DNA from: Candidatus Saccharimonadales bacterium
GTDB lineage: Bacteria; Patescibacteriota; Saccharimonadia; Saccharimonadales; UBA4665
Length of the DNA: 64,000 bases
Direction: 5' to 3'
Assembly: GCA_025450135.1 (NCBI GenBank)
Contig: JANWHZ010000045.1
Span: forward strand, 2,634-66,633
Shown here: positions 1-11,200 of the stretch, piece by piece
Layout of the letters: every line of letters starts with the position of its first letter
Position numbering within the stretch: position 1 is the stretch's first letter
Program-made: the position numbers and the translations under genes
Notes under the pieces: model-generated
What the model saw: the letters and a program-made list of their open reading frames with translations, nothing else
Databases searched by the model: none
What the model was told of the DNA's origin: nothing

Positions 1-557
1 TCTGCTTCTGCATCACCAGCCACTGCCTTGGTTGCAGAGCCACGGACGATAGGAGCGTTGCGGTCAAACCCATTCTTTTCCAACAAGTCACGCACTTCCT
101 CTTCGACAAGGTCGACAAGTTCGGGATCTGCAAGGTCCATCTTGTTCAGGAAGACGAGGATCTTCGGAACGCCAACCTGGCGAGCCAAGAGCACATGCTC
201 GCGGGTCTGCGGCATCGGGCCATCGGCGGCTGAAACAACGAGGATGGCACCATCAACCTGGGCGGCGCCAGTGATCATATTCTTAACATAGTCAGCATGA
301 CCTGGCATGTCGACGTGCGCATAGTGGCGCTTGGCACTTTCATACTCCTGGTGAGAAGTAGCGATGGTGATGCCACGTGCCTTCTCTTCCGGCGCATTGT
401 CAATTTGGTCGTACGCGACCGGCTTATTGGTATCGCTTGGCAATTTCTTGGCAAGCACCATAGTGATGGCTGCTGTCAAGGTTGTCTTACCGTGGTCAAC
501 GTGACCCATAGTACCAACGTTAACGTGCGGCTTAGCGCGGCTGAATGTTCCTGCCAT
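1..557 (-). CDS. tuf: Elongation factor Tu, N-terminal part (gene runs off the left edge)
   Basis: Reverse translation from ATG at 557 reads [26 protein letters not shown]... (G1 motif GHVDHGKTT), then DMPGHADY and NKMD motifs. AAGGAG SD lies upstream. Absent from the ORF track because no stop falls inside the window. Confidence 0.93.
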   Translation of the reverse strand, partial: MAGTFSRAKPHVNVGTMGHVDHGKTTLTAAITMVLAKKLPSDTNKPVAYDQIDNAPEEKARGITIATSHQEYESAKRHYAHVDMPGHADYVKNMITGAAQVDGAILVVSAADGPMPQTREHVLLARQVGVPKILVFLNKMDLADPELVDLVEEEVRDLLEKNGFDRNAPIVRGSATKAVAGDAEA

Positions 558-680
558 AACTGTGTTATCTCCTTAGGTTAGGCGTTAGTGAGTATTACGA
601 TTGCGTGGGAAAAACCGCACACAAATACAGGGGTTAGTTTACCGGAATTTAGCACCGGTGTAAAGAGTTCGCTTGGGCGG

Positions 681-2768
681 CTATTTGCCGCTCTTGGCGA
701 TGATCGCCTCAGCGACGTTGCGTGGTACGTCTTCGTAGTGGTCAAGCTCCATACTGGAGCTAGCACGACCCTTAGTCATACTGCGAATGTCTGTGGTATA
801 CCCGAACATCTCCCCGAGCGGTACGAATGCAGTAATCTCCTTGATGCCGGGGCTAAGATCATCCATTTTCTCGATACGGCCGCGCCGGCTGTTTAGGTCG
901 CCAATAATGTCACCCATGAACTCTTCGGGCGTAACGACAACGACCTTCATGATTGGTTCCATTAGCACCGGGTTGGCTTTCTTAACACCTTCCTGAAGCG
1001 CCATTGATCCGGCAATCTTAAAGGCCATTTCGGATGAGTCGACCTCATGGTAAGAACCGTCATATAGCTCAGCGCGGAGGTCTACGACTGGGAAGCCAGC
1101 AAGCACACCATTACCCATAGCTTCCTTGATGCCCTGCTCAATTGGCTTAATATATTCGCCTGGGATAGCGCCACCTTTAACGGCATTGATGAACTCAAAT
1201 CCTTTACCAGCTTCATTTTGGAACAAGCGCAGCCAGACATCGCCGTACTGGCCCTTACCGCCAGATTGACGGATGAACTTGCCTTGAACTTCGACGCCAT
1301 CTTTACGAATCGTTTCACGGTATGCAACCTGTGGCTGACCGACATTGGCCTCGACAGTGAATTCACGCTTCATACGGTCAACGATAATTTCCAGATGAAG
1401 CTCACCCATGCCTGAGATGATTGTCTGCCCGGTTTCATTATCTACACGGATACGGAAGGTTGGGTCTTCCTCGGCGAGGCGTTGCAATGCCAGACTCATT
1501 TTCTCTTGGTCGCTCTTTGTTCTTGGCTCAATAGCAATGGAGACCGGCGGCTCAGGGAAGGTAATACTCTCAAGCACGATCGGGTTATTAGGGTCACAGA
1601 TGGTATTGCCGGTTGTCGTGCCCTTGAGCCCAACAATAGCAGCGATATCACCAGCACCAACTTCAGTAACATCCTCTCGCTTGTCGGCAAATAGACGGAC
1701 AAGTCTGCCAACACGCTCTTTTTCACCGGTTGAGCTATTCATGATATAGCTACCAGCTTGGATCTTGCCAGAGTAAACACGGAAATATGCCAGCTTACCA
1801 ACAAATGGATCAGTCGTGATCTTAAAAGCGAGACCTGTAAACGGTTCGTTTTCACTCGGCTTACGCTCAATCTCGTCACCAGTTTTCGGATGCGTACCCC
1901 AAACTGAACCACGATCTTCTGGGCTTGGCAGGAAATCAGCCACCATATCGAGTACTTTCTCAACGATTACGCCACGTCCATCGCCGCCAGTCACAGCAAA
2001 GAAGTCGCCGGACAGTACTGCACCGCGAACAGCTTGCCGTATTTCATCTTCAGTCAGGCCGTCTTCGCCAACTTCAAAGTATTTCTCAAGCAATTTTTCA
2101 TCTTCGGCGACTGCATTCTCCACTAGCATCGAGCGATAACGTTTCACCTTATCCATCATGTCAGCAGGGATCTCGCCTTCGATCAGCTCGTGGTCAGAAA
2201 AATCCTTATATGTATATGCCTTCATGCTGATCAGGTCGACAACACCATTGACGCTCTGCTCAAAGCCGATCGGCAGGTGTACTGGAAAAGCATGTTTTGA
2301 AAGACGGTTATGAATACTCTCGAGTGATTTATAGAAATCACCGCCGGTCTGGTTAATCTTATTAATGAAGCAGATGCGCGGTACTCCGTACTTAGTAGCT
2401 TGGCGCCAAACAGTCTCAGACTGTGACTCGACACCCATCTTACCGTCGAATACAACGACAGCACCATCGAGCACCCGCAACGAGCGCTCCACCTCGACCG
2501 TAAAGTCTATGTGTCCTGGGGTGTCAATAATGTTAATTTGATGACCCTTCCAATACGCAGTCACCGCCGCGGATACGATAGTGATACCACGCTCGCGTTC
2601 CTGAGCCATCCAGTCGGTTGTCGTTTCACCCTCGTGAACAGCACCGATCTTATGCTTCAACCCCGTACGATATAAAATACCTTCGGTAGTAGTGGTCTTG
2701 CCGGCATCAATGTGCGCGATAATACCAATATTTCTAATCTTACTTAGTGCGTATTTTGTTGCCGCCAT
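681..2768 (-). CDS. fusA: Elongation factor G
   Basis: ORF 681..2822 has AHIDAGKTT and DTPGH motifs and full EF-G length. Start placed at ATG 2768 (MAATKYALSKIRNIGIIAHIDAGKTT) because AGGAGAAAGGG lies about 8 nt upstream. The 18 extra codons in the track are read-through. Confidence 0.95.
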   Translation of the reverse strand: MAATKYALSKIRNIGIIAHIDAGKTTTTEGILYRTGLKHKIGAVHEGETTTDWMAQERERGITIVSAAVTAYWKGHQINIIDTPGHIDFTVEVERSLRVLDGAVVVFDGKMGVESQSETVWRQATKYGVPRICFINKINQTGGDFYKSLESIHNRLSKHAFPVHLPIGFEQSVNGVVDLISMKAYTYKDFSDHELIEGEIPADMMDKVKRYRSMLVENAVAEDEKLLEKYFEVGEDGLTEDEIRQAVRGAVLSGDFFAVTGGDGRGVIVEKVLDMVADFLPSPEDRGSVWGTHPKTGDEIERKPSENEPFTGLAFKITTDPFVGKLAYFRVYSGKIQAGSYIMNSSTGEKERVGRLVRLFADKREDVTEVGAGDIAAIVGLKGTTTGNTICDPNNPIVLESITFPEPPVSIAIEPRTKSDQEKMSLALQRLAEEDPTFRIRVDNETGQTIISGMGELHLEIIVDRMKREFTVEANVGQPQVAYRETIRKDGVEVQGKFIRQSGGKGQYGDVWLRLFQNEAGKGFEFINAVKGGAIPGEYIKPIEQGIKEAMGNGVLAGFPVVDLRAELYDGSYHEVDSSEMAFKIAGSMALQEGVKKANPVLMEPIMKVVVVTPEEFMGDIIGDLNSRRGRIEKMDDLSPGIKEITAFVPLGEMFGYTTDIRSMTKGRASSSMELDHYEDVPRNVAEAIIAKSGK

Positions 2769-2796
2769 TATTCTTGCCCTTTCTCCTATTTTATCC

Positions 2797-3003
2797 TTAT
2801 TTTGCCAATTCTTCTGCAACATTCACAAGTGCAAGCATCGGTAAGCAATTGGCACCTTCACACTCTACTATGGCGCCTGCAGCTGGCTGACCGGATGCAG
2901 CGACGTTCAGCGAGTAGGCGCAGCTCTGCCGCTCACTAGCTAATCTTCTGAGGTCTCGCTCAAATGCCACACGCTCATCTAGTGCACGTTCAAACGCATT
3001 CAT
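2797..3003 (-). CDS. Hypothetical small protein (orphan ORF-B inside the str operon)
   Basis: ORF track 2797..3015 starts at GTG; the first ATG is at 3003 (MNAFERALDERVAFERDL...). It has an internal AFER(A/D)L repeat and 3 Cys, and I recognise no family. The start is ambiguous: an AGGAGAAGG at 3054-3062 has no canonical start at proper spacing. The stop is 28 nt before the fusA ATG. Confidence 0.3.
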   Translation of the reverse strand: MNAFERALDERVAFERDLRRLASERQSCAYSLNVAASGQPAAGAIVECEGANCLPMLALVNVAEELAK

Positions 3004-3067
3004 AGCAATTAGCACACGCTCATTCGCAGCGACAATCGTGCTATCTGTGTGAGCCTTCTCCTAGGCA

Positions 3068-3475
3068 CTAGCGAAGCCTTCTGAGCTGGCGCGACCATGT
3101 ATCGTGGTCGGCTAGTGTTTGGTATCGGACCATGTTAACGATCACCCTGCCAGCTGCGCTAGCTTGGTCTCTTAACGCACGCTGTGCAAGTACGCACTCA
3201 AAGAGTGCACCAGCCGGAAAGTATGCGGGATCAAACATCACTGTTCCAGTAAGATCATAGGCTTCGACGACCCCCCACATATGGGCTTGTGCTTTGGACA
3301 CAGCTGGGTTCATTTGGTCGGCCGGCTGATCCGGTATGCCGCACTCCGATTCTGTTCCAGTTTCGGATGAGACGTGCTGATCCCAAAGGTCATATTGCTG
3401 CGGGTGAGTAATATCACCCTCAGTTGGTTCAGGTGTACCCGGAATGCGTTCAAGAACAGGACTAGCAACAGGCAT
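3068..3475 (-). CDS. Hypothetical acidic protein (orphan ORF-A inside the str operon)
   Basis: ORF 3068..3559 overlaps the rpsG 3' end. The internal ATG at 3475 (MPVASPVLERIPGTPEPTEGD...) lies 4 nt after the rpsG TAG, giving a 135-aa product. Pro/Glu-rich N-terminus, no recognisable domain. Confidence 0.4.
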   Translation of the reverse strand: MPVASPVLERIPGTPEPTEGDITHPQQYDLWDQHVSSETGTESECGIPDQPADQMNPAVSKAQAHMWGVVEAYDLTGTVMFDPAYFPAGALFECVLAQRALRDQASAAGRVIVNMVRYQTLADHDTWSRQLRRLR

Positions 3476-3479
3476 AGGT

Positions 3480-3959
3480 CTAACCCCGTGCAAAATGAGC
3501 AAAGGCGCGATTAGCTTCTGCCATCTTATGGGTGTCTTCGCGCTTTTTAACTGCCGCACCCTGGTTGTTATATGCGTCTACAAGCTCAGCGGCAATGCGT
3601 TGGTTCATTGGCATACCTTTGCGTGCTCGAGCCGCTTGGACAAACCACATAGTGGTAAGGTGATTTTGGCGCTGACCTTTAACTTCGAAAGGAATTTGAT
3701 AATTTGCGCCACCTACACGACGAGAGCGTGTCTCCATGTGTGGCTGAACATTCTTAAAAGCTTGTTCGAACACTTCTAAAGGATTCTTAACCTTAAGCTT
3801 ATCGGCGGCAAGCTGGATACCTTCGTAGACTAGTGTTTCCGCAATTTGCTTCTTGCCGTTTAGCATAACTCGATTAATCAGACGTTGGATTTGGACAGAT
3901 TGATAAACGCGATCGGCATTTACTTCACGAACCAGCGCCTTAGTCTTATGACGTGGCAT
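3480..3959 (-). CDS. rpsG: 30S ribosomal protein S7
   Basis: [21 protein letters not shown]...GGANYQIPFEV... is a typical S7 over full length (159 aa). Its ATG overlaps the rpsL stop (TAATG). Confidence 0.97.
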   Translation of the reverse strand: MPRHKTKALVREVNADRVYQSVQIQRLINRVMLNGKKQIAETLVYEGIQLAADKLKVKNPLEVFEQAFKNVQPHMETRSRRVGGANYQIPFEVKGQRQNHLTTMWFVQAARARKGMPMNQRIAAELVDAYNNQGAAVKKREDTHKMAEANRAFAHFARG

Positions 3960-4372
3960 TACTTGCTTCCCTTCTTGGCACCATATAAGCTACGACTCTT
4001 CTTGCGGTTCTGCACACCTTGAAGGTCAAGCGCGCCACGGACAATATGATAGCGTACACCTGGGAGATCTTTCACGCGTCCACCGCGGACAAGTACTACA
4101 GCATGCTCCTGCAGATTATGCCCTTCGCCTGGAATGTAGGCCCAAACTTCTTGGCCATTGCTCAGGCGAACGCGAGCAACTTTTCGCAGCGCCGAGTTCG
4201 GCTTCTTTGGAGTCTTAGTCGTCACTTTGATACAGACACCACGCTTCAGCGGCGATGCCTTCTCATAGCTCTCCGTCTTAAGATTGTTGGTAATGCGCTG
4301 CAGCGCTGGTGACTTACTCTTGGTCGTCACCTTAGTGCGCGGTTTGCGCACTAATTGATTAATTGTTGGCAT
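3959..4372 (-). CDS. rpsL: 30S ribosomal protein S12
   Basis: [12 protein letters not shown]...[20 protein letters not shown]... is the S12 signature. AAGGAG SD lies upstream. Confidence 0.97.
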   Translation of the reverse strand: MPTINQLVRKPRTKVTTKSKSPALQRITNNLKTESYEKASPLKRGVCIKVTTKTPKKPNSALRKVARVRLSNGQEVWAYIPGEGHNLQEHAVVLVRGGRVKDLPGVRYHIVRGALDLQGVQNRKKSRSLYGAKKGSK

Positions 4373-4465
4373 TAATGCTCCTTATTGGCTGTAATCTGCT
4401 GCGGCGAGACGTATGCCGACGTCAAGGCTCGGATTACTTATATTGATTTACTTATTGTAACAACT

Positions 4466-7400
4466 TTACGCAGCGTGTGCAACTTCATCGATTTTAACAG
4501 CACCGTCACCTTCGCGCTTCGCACCGGTACCAACCGGAATCTTGCGGCCAATGATAACATTTTCCTTCAAGCCGTAGAGCTTATCGACGCGACCACTGGT
4601 GGCAGCGGCAATAAGAACACGCGTAGTGTCTTGGAAGGATGCGGCACTCAAGAATGAGTCGGTTGAAAGACTTGCTTTGGTAATGCCCAGTAGCAATTGA
4701 TTGACTACGGCCGGTTGTTTGTTAGCACGTACAAGTGCCTCATTGGCTTCGGCAACTGCCAGCTTACTGACTACGTCGCCAGTAACAAACTCAGAGTCCC
4801 CAGCTTCTTCGATTTGGACGCGGCCAAACATCTGGCGAACCACTACTTCAAGGTGTTTATCTGCAATATTCTGACCCTGCGCTGCAAAGATCTTAAGCAT
4901 TTCGGTCATGATATAGCGTTGAGTTGACTCGACACCTTGCAAGCGCATCAGGTCTTGTAGGTTGATAGAACCGCTGGTCAGGCGTTGGCCGGCAATTACT
5001 TTGTCGCCCTCCTTAACTAGCAGCTGCTTGTAGCCTGGTATTTCATAGCGCACAGCGCTTTGACGGGTAGGGGTTATAGCAACCTTCTTGCCTTTGACTG
5101 ATACCTTACCAGCAATCGTTGCCACAATCGGCTCTGACCCGTCCTCGAGCGCAGCCAATACGTCACCAATCATGACATCCGAGTTGTCTGCAACGGACGC
5201 TTTACGCTCACCAAGTCTGAATGTCACGTTCGCATTTTCATCTGCTGTGATCTGAACCACATAATAGTCACCTTGTTCCCAAGTACTCACCGCACCATCG
5301 ATCTCGGTCAGATATGCCTGTCCTTTCGGACTGCGAGCTTCGAACAACTCTTCGATACGTGTTAGACCTTGTGCAGCGTCATCGGCTACGAATGCACCTG
5401 AGCGGTGCTTAGAGTCAAGTGAAAGCTGCGTCGAAGGTTCACCAATACTCTGTGCCGCGACGACACCGATAGGTGCGTGGTCAGTAACAAGCAAGCCAGT
5501 CGCCGGATCAACGCCGTATGACTTCCGTCCAACACCATGGGCTGAGGTAGCACTCAAGACGCTCAATATGCGGACACCATCAAGTTTGTCATCTGCTTCG
5601 ATCTTCTCGGCTATCACAGGAGTAATCAACTCACCCTTCTTGACGAACACGCCAATGCTTTCGGCAGCATAGCGTCCTGCTAGACGGTTAGATAGTGTTA
5701 CACCGATTTCTGCAGCATCGCTACGGTACATCGGGAACCCAGGGTCCTCTGCGCCATCATCAAGCGTAAATACGTCCTGTGAGACGTCAACTAAACGACG
5801 CGTCAGGTAACCAGCGTCAGCGGTCTTGAGGGCAATATCAATAAGCGCTTTACGGGTACCACGGGTACCGGTGAAGTACTCAAGTGGGTCAAGCCCAGCA
5901 ATATAGCCAGACTTAACTGGTAGCTCAATGGCACGGCCAGTTGCATCCTGCATGACCCCGAGCATCCCTACAGCATTCAACATCTGTGAGATGTTACCGC
6001 GGGCACCGGATTCGATTGCAATAGCTGTCGGTGTATCCATGCCACTAAGCTGCTCAGAGAGCATGTTCTTGACACGGGTTTCAATCTTCGTCCAGTTCTC
6101 AACCGTAAGGCGATAACGTTCGTCGTCAGTGATGAAACCTTGCTCGTATTGCTCGGCGATCGATGCGGTACGTACATTTCCCTCTTGAATTGCATCAGGT
6201 AGACCAGGGATAGCGACAAAGTCGTCCATGCCAATACTAAGACCTGAGTTAGTAGCGAACAGGAATCCGACATCCTTTAAATTGTCTGCAATTTTTGCCG
6301 TGCGCTCTTGACCGTATTTGGCATATACCTGGGCCATCACCTTCTGCAAGCGCTTCTTGGTCATTGGCTCGTCTTGATAGGAGAAGTCCTCTGGGAACGT
6401 CTCATTGAATAGGAAACGTCCAATACTGGATTCACGGACTTCGCCGCGGAATGGTAAGCGTACCTTCGTCTGTAAGCTTATCCTATTAGCATCGAGCGCC
6501 ATGATGGCTTCCTCTATGCCTGAGAAGACAACCGGTTTGGCGCTCAGCGTACCTGGACGATTGTACGTCAAGTAGTAGAGACCAAGCACAATGTCCTGTT
6601 CTATATGAAGAATTGGCGAGCCATCAGCAGGTTTCAGCAAGTTTTTGCTGGCTGCCATAATATCGCGGGCTTCGGCTTGTGCTTCATCTGACAATGGCAC
6701 GTGAACTGCCATCTGGTCACCATCGAAGTCGGCATTGAAACCCTTACAGACAAGCGGGTGAAGCTGTATTGCGCGCCCTTCGATCAGTACCGGGCGGAAC
6801 GCTTGGATACTCAAGCGGTGTAGTGACGGAGCACGGTTGAGAAGGACATATTTATCCTTTATGACCTCGTCAAGTGCGTCCCAAACAACGGTATCGCCGG
6901 CTTCTATTAAGCGGGAAGCTGAACGAATATTATGCGCTTGATCGCGTGCAATGAGCTCCCCGATAACAAACGGCTTGAAGAGCTCAAGCGCCATCATTTT
7001 CGGCAGGCCGCACTGGTCGATACTTAATTCTGGACCGGCAACGATCACTGAACGTCCGGAATAATCAACACGTTTACCGAGTAGGTTCTGGCGGAAGCGT
7101 CCCTGCTTACCTTTAAGCATATCGCTCAAGGACTTTAGACGGCGGCGTGCACCGGTTGCCGATACAGCACGACCGGAACGAGCACTGTTGTTGTCGATAA
7201 GTGCGTCGACGGCTTCCTGTAGCATTCGCTGCTCGTTGCGGCGGATGACCTCAGGCGCGTTAAGTTCAATCAGCTTCTTTAGGCGGTTGTTACGGTTGAT
7301 GACACGGCGGTAGAGATCATTTAGGTCAGAAGTAGCGAAGCGGCCACCGGTCAATTGCACCATCGGGCGAAGATCGGGAGGGATCACTGCCAAGACGCTC

Positions 7401-8287
7401 ACGCACATTGATGACGGCTTGATGCCAGCACGATCCATGCTCTCGAGCAGACGCAGACGCTTCATCAGCTTCTTCTTCCGTTGGCCCTTGGCTTCTTCAG
7501 CCTCATTAGACAAATCATCAATCAGTTCACCTAGGTTAACTTCATCGAGCAGATCCTTCAATGCAGCTCCGCCCATACCAACTTTGATAAGTTCGCGGAG
7601 CTCGTCTGGTAGATTGCGGTATTCACCTTCATTGATGAGTGCTAACTTCTCAAGACTAGTCAGCTGGGTGCGGAACCGCTCGAAGTTCTCGGACAGCTCG
7701 TTCAGCTCCTTGGTACGCATTTCAGCCAACGCTTTGACATTAGCCTCTTCCTTTTGTGCTTCGCTTTCGTAACGAAGCGTGATCGCGTCCTTAGCAGCAG
7801 CAAATTCAGCCTCTCGGTCAGCCAGCAGTTGGTCGCGTTTCTCAGTATTTACGCTCTTAATAACATATGCAGCAAAGTACGCCACGCGCTCCAAGTTTTT
7901 GACCGTTATACCAAGTAACAAGCCCATGGCAGACGGCGTACCGTGCAGGAACCAGATATGAGCAACAGGTACGGCCAGTTGGATATGGCCCATGCGCTCG
8001 CGGCGCACAATGCTGCGAGTAACTAGCTCGCCGTTCTTGTCTACCGCTGCTTCCCTGGAACGAACACCCTTGTACTTCGCGTCATGAGGGTTAATGTCCT
8101 TGACCGGCCCAAAGATCCGTTCACAGAACAGACCGTCGCGCTCCGGCTTCTGGGTGCGGTAGTTAATCGTTTCCGGCTTAGTGACTTCGCCATGGCTCCA
8201 TTCCAGAATATCTTCCGGACTGGCCACCGCGAGGCGCACCGCATCGAATTCGGCAATATCGGTGCCAGATGGATCATATCTACGCAT
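4466..8287 (-). CDS. rpoC: DNA-directed RNA polymerase subunit beta'
   Basis: Contains the NADFDGDQM catalytic motif and is of full beta' length. Start placed at ATG 8287 (MRRYDPSG...), 1 nt after the rpoB stop, with GGAGAGGAGG SD inside the rpoB 3' end. The track start at 8332 would overlap rpoB by 44 nt. Confidence 0.96.
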   Translation of the reverse strand: MRRYDPSGTDIAEFDAVRLAVASPEDILEWSHGEVTKPETINYRTQKPERDGLFCERIFGPVKDINPHDAKYKGVRSREAAVDKNGELVTRSIVRRERMGHIQLAVPVAHIWFLHGTPSAMGLLLGITVKNLERVAYFAAYVIKSVNTEKRDQLLADREAEFAAAKDAITLRYESEAQKEEANVKALAEMRTKELNELSENFERFRTQLTSLEKLALINEGEYRNLPDELRELIKVGMGGAALKDLLDEVNLGELIDDLSNEAEEAKGQRKKKLMKRLRLLESMDRAGIKPSSMCVSVLAVIPPDLRPMVQLTGGRFATSDLNDLYRRVINRNNRLKKLIELNAPEVIRRNEQRMLQEAVDALIDNNSARSGRAVSATGARRRLKSLSDMLKGKQGRFRQNLLGKRVDYSGRSVIVAGPELSIDQCGLPKMMALELFKPFVIGELIARDQAHNIRSASRLIEAGDTVVWDALDEVIKDKYVLLNRAPSLHRLSIQAFRPVLIEGRAIQLHPLVCKGFNADFDGDQMAVHVPLSDEAQAEARDIMAASKNLLKPADGSPILHIEQDIVLGLYYLTYNRPGTLSAKPVVFSGIEEAIMALDANRISLQTKVRLPFRGEVRESSIGRFLFNETFPEDFSYQDEPMTKKRLQKVMAQVYAKYGQERTAKIADNLKDVGFLFATNSGLSIGMDDFVAIPGLPDAIQEGNVRTASIAEQYEQGFITDDERYRLTVENWTKIETRVKNMLSEQLSGMDTPTAIAIESGARGNISQMLNAVGMLGVMQDATGRAIELPVKSGYIAGLDPLEYFTGTRGTRKALIDIALKTADAGYLTRRLVDVSQDVFTLDDGAEDPGFPMYRSDAAEIGVTLSNRLAGRYAAESIGVFVKKGELITPVIAEKIEADDKLDGVRILSVLSATSAHGVGRKSYGVDPATGLLVTDHAPIGVVAAQSIGEPSTQLSLDSKHRSGAFVADDAAQGLTRIEELFEARSPKGQAYLTEIDGAVSTWEQGDYYVVQITADENANVTFRLGERKASVADNSDVMIGDVLAALEDGSEPIVATIAGKVSVKGKKVAITPTRQSAVRYEIPGYKQLLVKEGDKVIAGQRLTSGSINLQDLMRLQGVESTQRYIMTEMLKIFAAQGQNIADKHLEVVVRQMFGRVQIEEAGDSEFVTGDVVSKLAVAEANEALVRANKQPAVVNQLLLGITKASLSTDSFLSAASFQDTTRVLIAAATSGRVDKLYGLKENVIIGRKIPVGTGAKREGDGAVKIDEVAHAA

Positions 8288-8288
8288 C

Positions 8289-11200
8289 TTAAGCCTCCTC
8301 TCCTTCTTCGTTATCGTATGCTTCTTCGCCATTGCTCATAGTAACGCTGGCGGGCTCACCCCCAAGATCGTCTGCATCGGTAATGACGCTAAAATCTTCC
8401 ACCGGTACGTCAGTAACATCAATATCCGAGATTTCCTCGGCAGGAACTTCGACAGGCGGTTCCGCGGCAGCTTCTCTACGGATATTGCTAGCTAACAATG
8501 CTTCAGCATCAACAACCTGATTAGACTTCAGAAGGTCAACTTTAAGCCCTAAACCTTGCAATTCCTTTACGAGCACATTGAAGCTCTCTGGAACCTTCGG
8601 GCCAACAATTTCCGTCTTCTTAATGATGGACTCATACGCTTTACTGCGGCCATAGACGTCATCTGATTTGATGGTCAGCATTTCCTGCAGAATATTGCTG
8701 GCGCCATATGCTTCGAGAGCCCAGACTTCCATTTCACCAAAGCGCTGACCACCGTTTTGTGCCTTACCACCAAGCGGCTGCTGGGTCACCATTGTGTATG
8801 GACCAGTTGAGCGAGCGTGGATCTTGTCAGCCACCATGTGGTTGAGCTTGTTCATGTACATCACGCCAACGACAGTTCGCTCGCGGAATGGTTCGCCAGT
8901 ACGCCCATCGTACAGCTGCTGCTTGCCGTCTTCTGGCAGGCCTGCCTGCTTTAAGAGCTCCTGGATCTTCTTGGTCGGGACACCGTCAAAAGATGGGCTC
9001 GCAACTTTGTAGCCAAGTGCGTGCGCCGCCATGCCAAGGTGAGCTTCAAACAGCTGACCAAGGTTCATACGGGATGGAACACCGAGTGGGTTCAAGACAA
9101 TGTCAACTGGTGTACCGTCTTCCGTAAATGGCATGTCCTCAATTGGAAGAATGCGTGCGATAACACCTTTGTTACCGTGCCGACCACCGAGCTTGTCGCC
9201 AACGCTGATTTTGCGCATCTGTGCTACGAAGACCTGGATCTGCTTAATGACGCCTGACTTCAGTTCATGACCATTTTCGCGGCTGAAGACCTTCACACCG
9301 ACAACCTTGCCATGCTTGCCGTTAGACATACGCTGCGAGGTATCACGGACCTCTTTGGCTTTTTCACCAAATATAGCACGGAGTAGCATCTCTTCGGAGC
9401 TCAGCTCCTGCTCACCTTTCGGGGTAATCTTTCCAACTAGAATATCACCGGGGTGTACTTCGGCGCCGATGCGGACGATGCCGTCGTCGGCCAGATGGCG
9501 TAGCGTTTCTTCAGACACGTTCGGGATATCACGGGTAACAATTTCTGGGCCAAGCTTTGTCTCGCGGACTTCGATCATGAAGTCAACAATGTGAATACTC
9601 GTTAGTGTGTCATCTTCGACAATGCGGCGAGACAATACGACTGCGTCCTCGAAGTTATAGCCACCCCATGGCATGAATGCTACGAGCAAGTCTTTACCGA
9701 GCGCCATTTCACCATTCTCAATTGACATACCTTCAACGAGAACATCGCCCTTCTTTACTTGGTCGCCGGTATTAACAACTACCTTTTGGTTAATACTGGT
9801 ACCTTCATTCGAGCGGATAAAGTGTTGTGGGTGATAGCTGACTTTGCCGTCCTTATATTGAACGACAACTTCGTCAGCGCTAGCCTTAACAACTTCGCCA
9901 TCGTCCTCAGCTGCAATCAGCTGACCAGTATTACGAGCTGCTGGTCCTTCCAGACCGGTGCCGACAATTGGCGCCTTTGGCTGGATCAGCGGCACTGCCT
10001 GACGCTGCTGGTTGGCACCCATCAGCGAACGGTAGACATAGTTCTTTTCGATGAACGGAATGAGACCGGCGCTCGTACCGATAATTTGATTTCTAGTAGC
10101 ATCGACATGAGTCACTTCATTCGCATCAACTTGGGCAGTTTTAAGATACTCACGCGCACTAACGCGTTCAGCCATGAAATAACCATGTTCATCAGTCTCG
10201 TTACCCGCACCGGCGATAGTGGCAGCCTCCTCGTCATATGCGTCGAGATATTCAATCTCGTCGGTGACCCGAGCCTTGACCGGCCAGGTTACGCGACCTT
10301 CAACTTTAGCAAGTTTGGCGGCATCTTCTTTTGTGATCTTGCTGCCAGCCTTAACTAATGTTTTGCCATTCTCATCTTCTAGATTCACGCTGGCGATTTC
10401 ACCAACAATATCCCTCGGAGTCGCTGCATTAATTACTTTGCGATACGGTGTCTCGACAAAGCCGTAGTCGTTGACGCGGGCGTAGTTAGCCAAGTTTAGC
10501 ACCAAGCCAATATTGGCGCCTTCAGGGGTTTCCACGGCGCAAATTCGACCATAGTGTGTGGCATGGGCGTCGCGGACATCAAACCCGGCACGCTCGCGTG
10601 ATAGACCACCAGGACCCATTGAGCTCAGGCGGCGTTTATGGGCAAGCTCGCTCAGAGGGTTAACTTGGTCCATAAACTGCGACAGCTGTGAGCTAGCGAA
10701 GAATTCACGGACAGCCGCCACAACAGGGCGAGCATTGATCAGCTGGCCAGGTTGGACGGTTTCGATGTCGCTCATCGACATGCGGTCTTGCGTGTTCCGA
10801 GCCATGCGCAGGAGTCCGATACGGAACTGGCGCTGCACAAGCTCGCCGACCATCTTAACTCGACGATTAGCTAAGCTATCGATGTCATCTGACGGTTCCT
10901 GGGTATTATTCAGACGGATAATCTCTGCCACAATCGCCTCGAGGTCTTCGATATGCATGACGCGATGTTCAATTGTATTCGGAACGTCTAGGTTCAGCCG
11001 CTTGTTCAATTTATAACGACCGACGCGTGAGAAGTCGAAGCGCTTGAAGTTGTAGAACATATTTTCAATGAGACTGCGCGCGTTATCAACAGTAGCTAAA
11101 TCACCTGGGCGCAGACGACGATACACTTCAATCAGGGCGTTGTTCTGGCCTTTTGAGGAATCTTTTTCGAGAGTGGCGTCCAGATAGCTAACTTTACCAG

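Noticed and set aside
2769-2822. N-terminal extensions suggested by the ORF track (fusA to 2822, rpoC to 8332, clpP to 12758, tig to 15557, clpC to 32761, grpE to 33420, nusA to 35860, pilB to 44603)
   Set aside because: In each case the extra codons are unlike the family N-terminus. They often start at GTG or TTG, overlap upstream genes or operators, and a downstream ATG has a proper SD or promoter geometry.
3444-3779. 111-aa plus-strand ORF
   Set aside because: It is antisense to rpsG and is a shadow ORF.
9759-10358. 199-aa plus-strand ORF
   Set aside because: It is entirely antisense to the conserved rpoB coding sequence and low-complexity, so it is a shadow ORF. The same applies to the other plus-strand ORFs within rpoB and rpoC.
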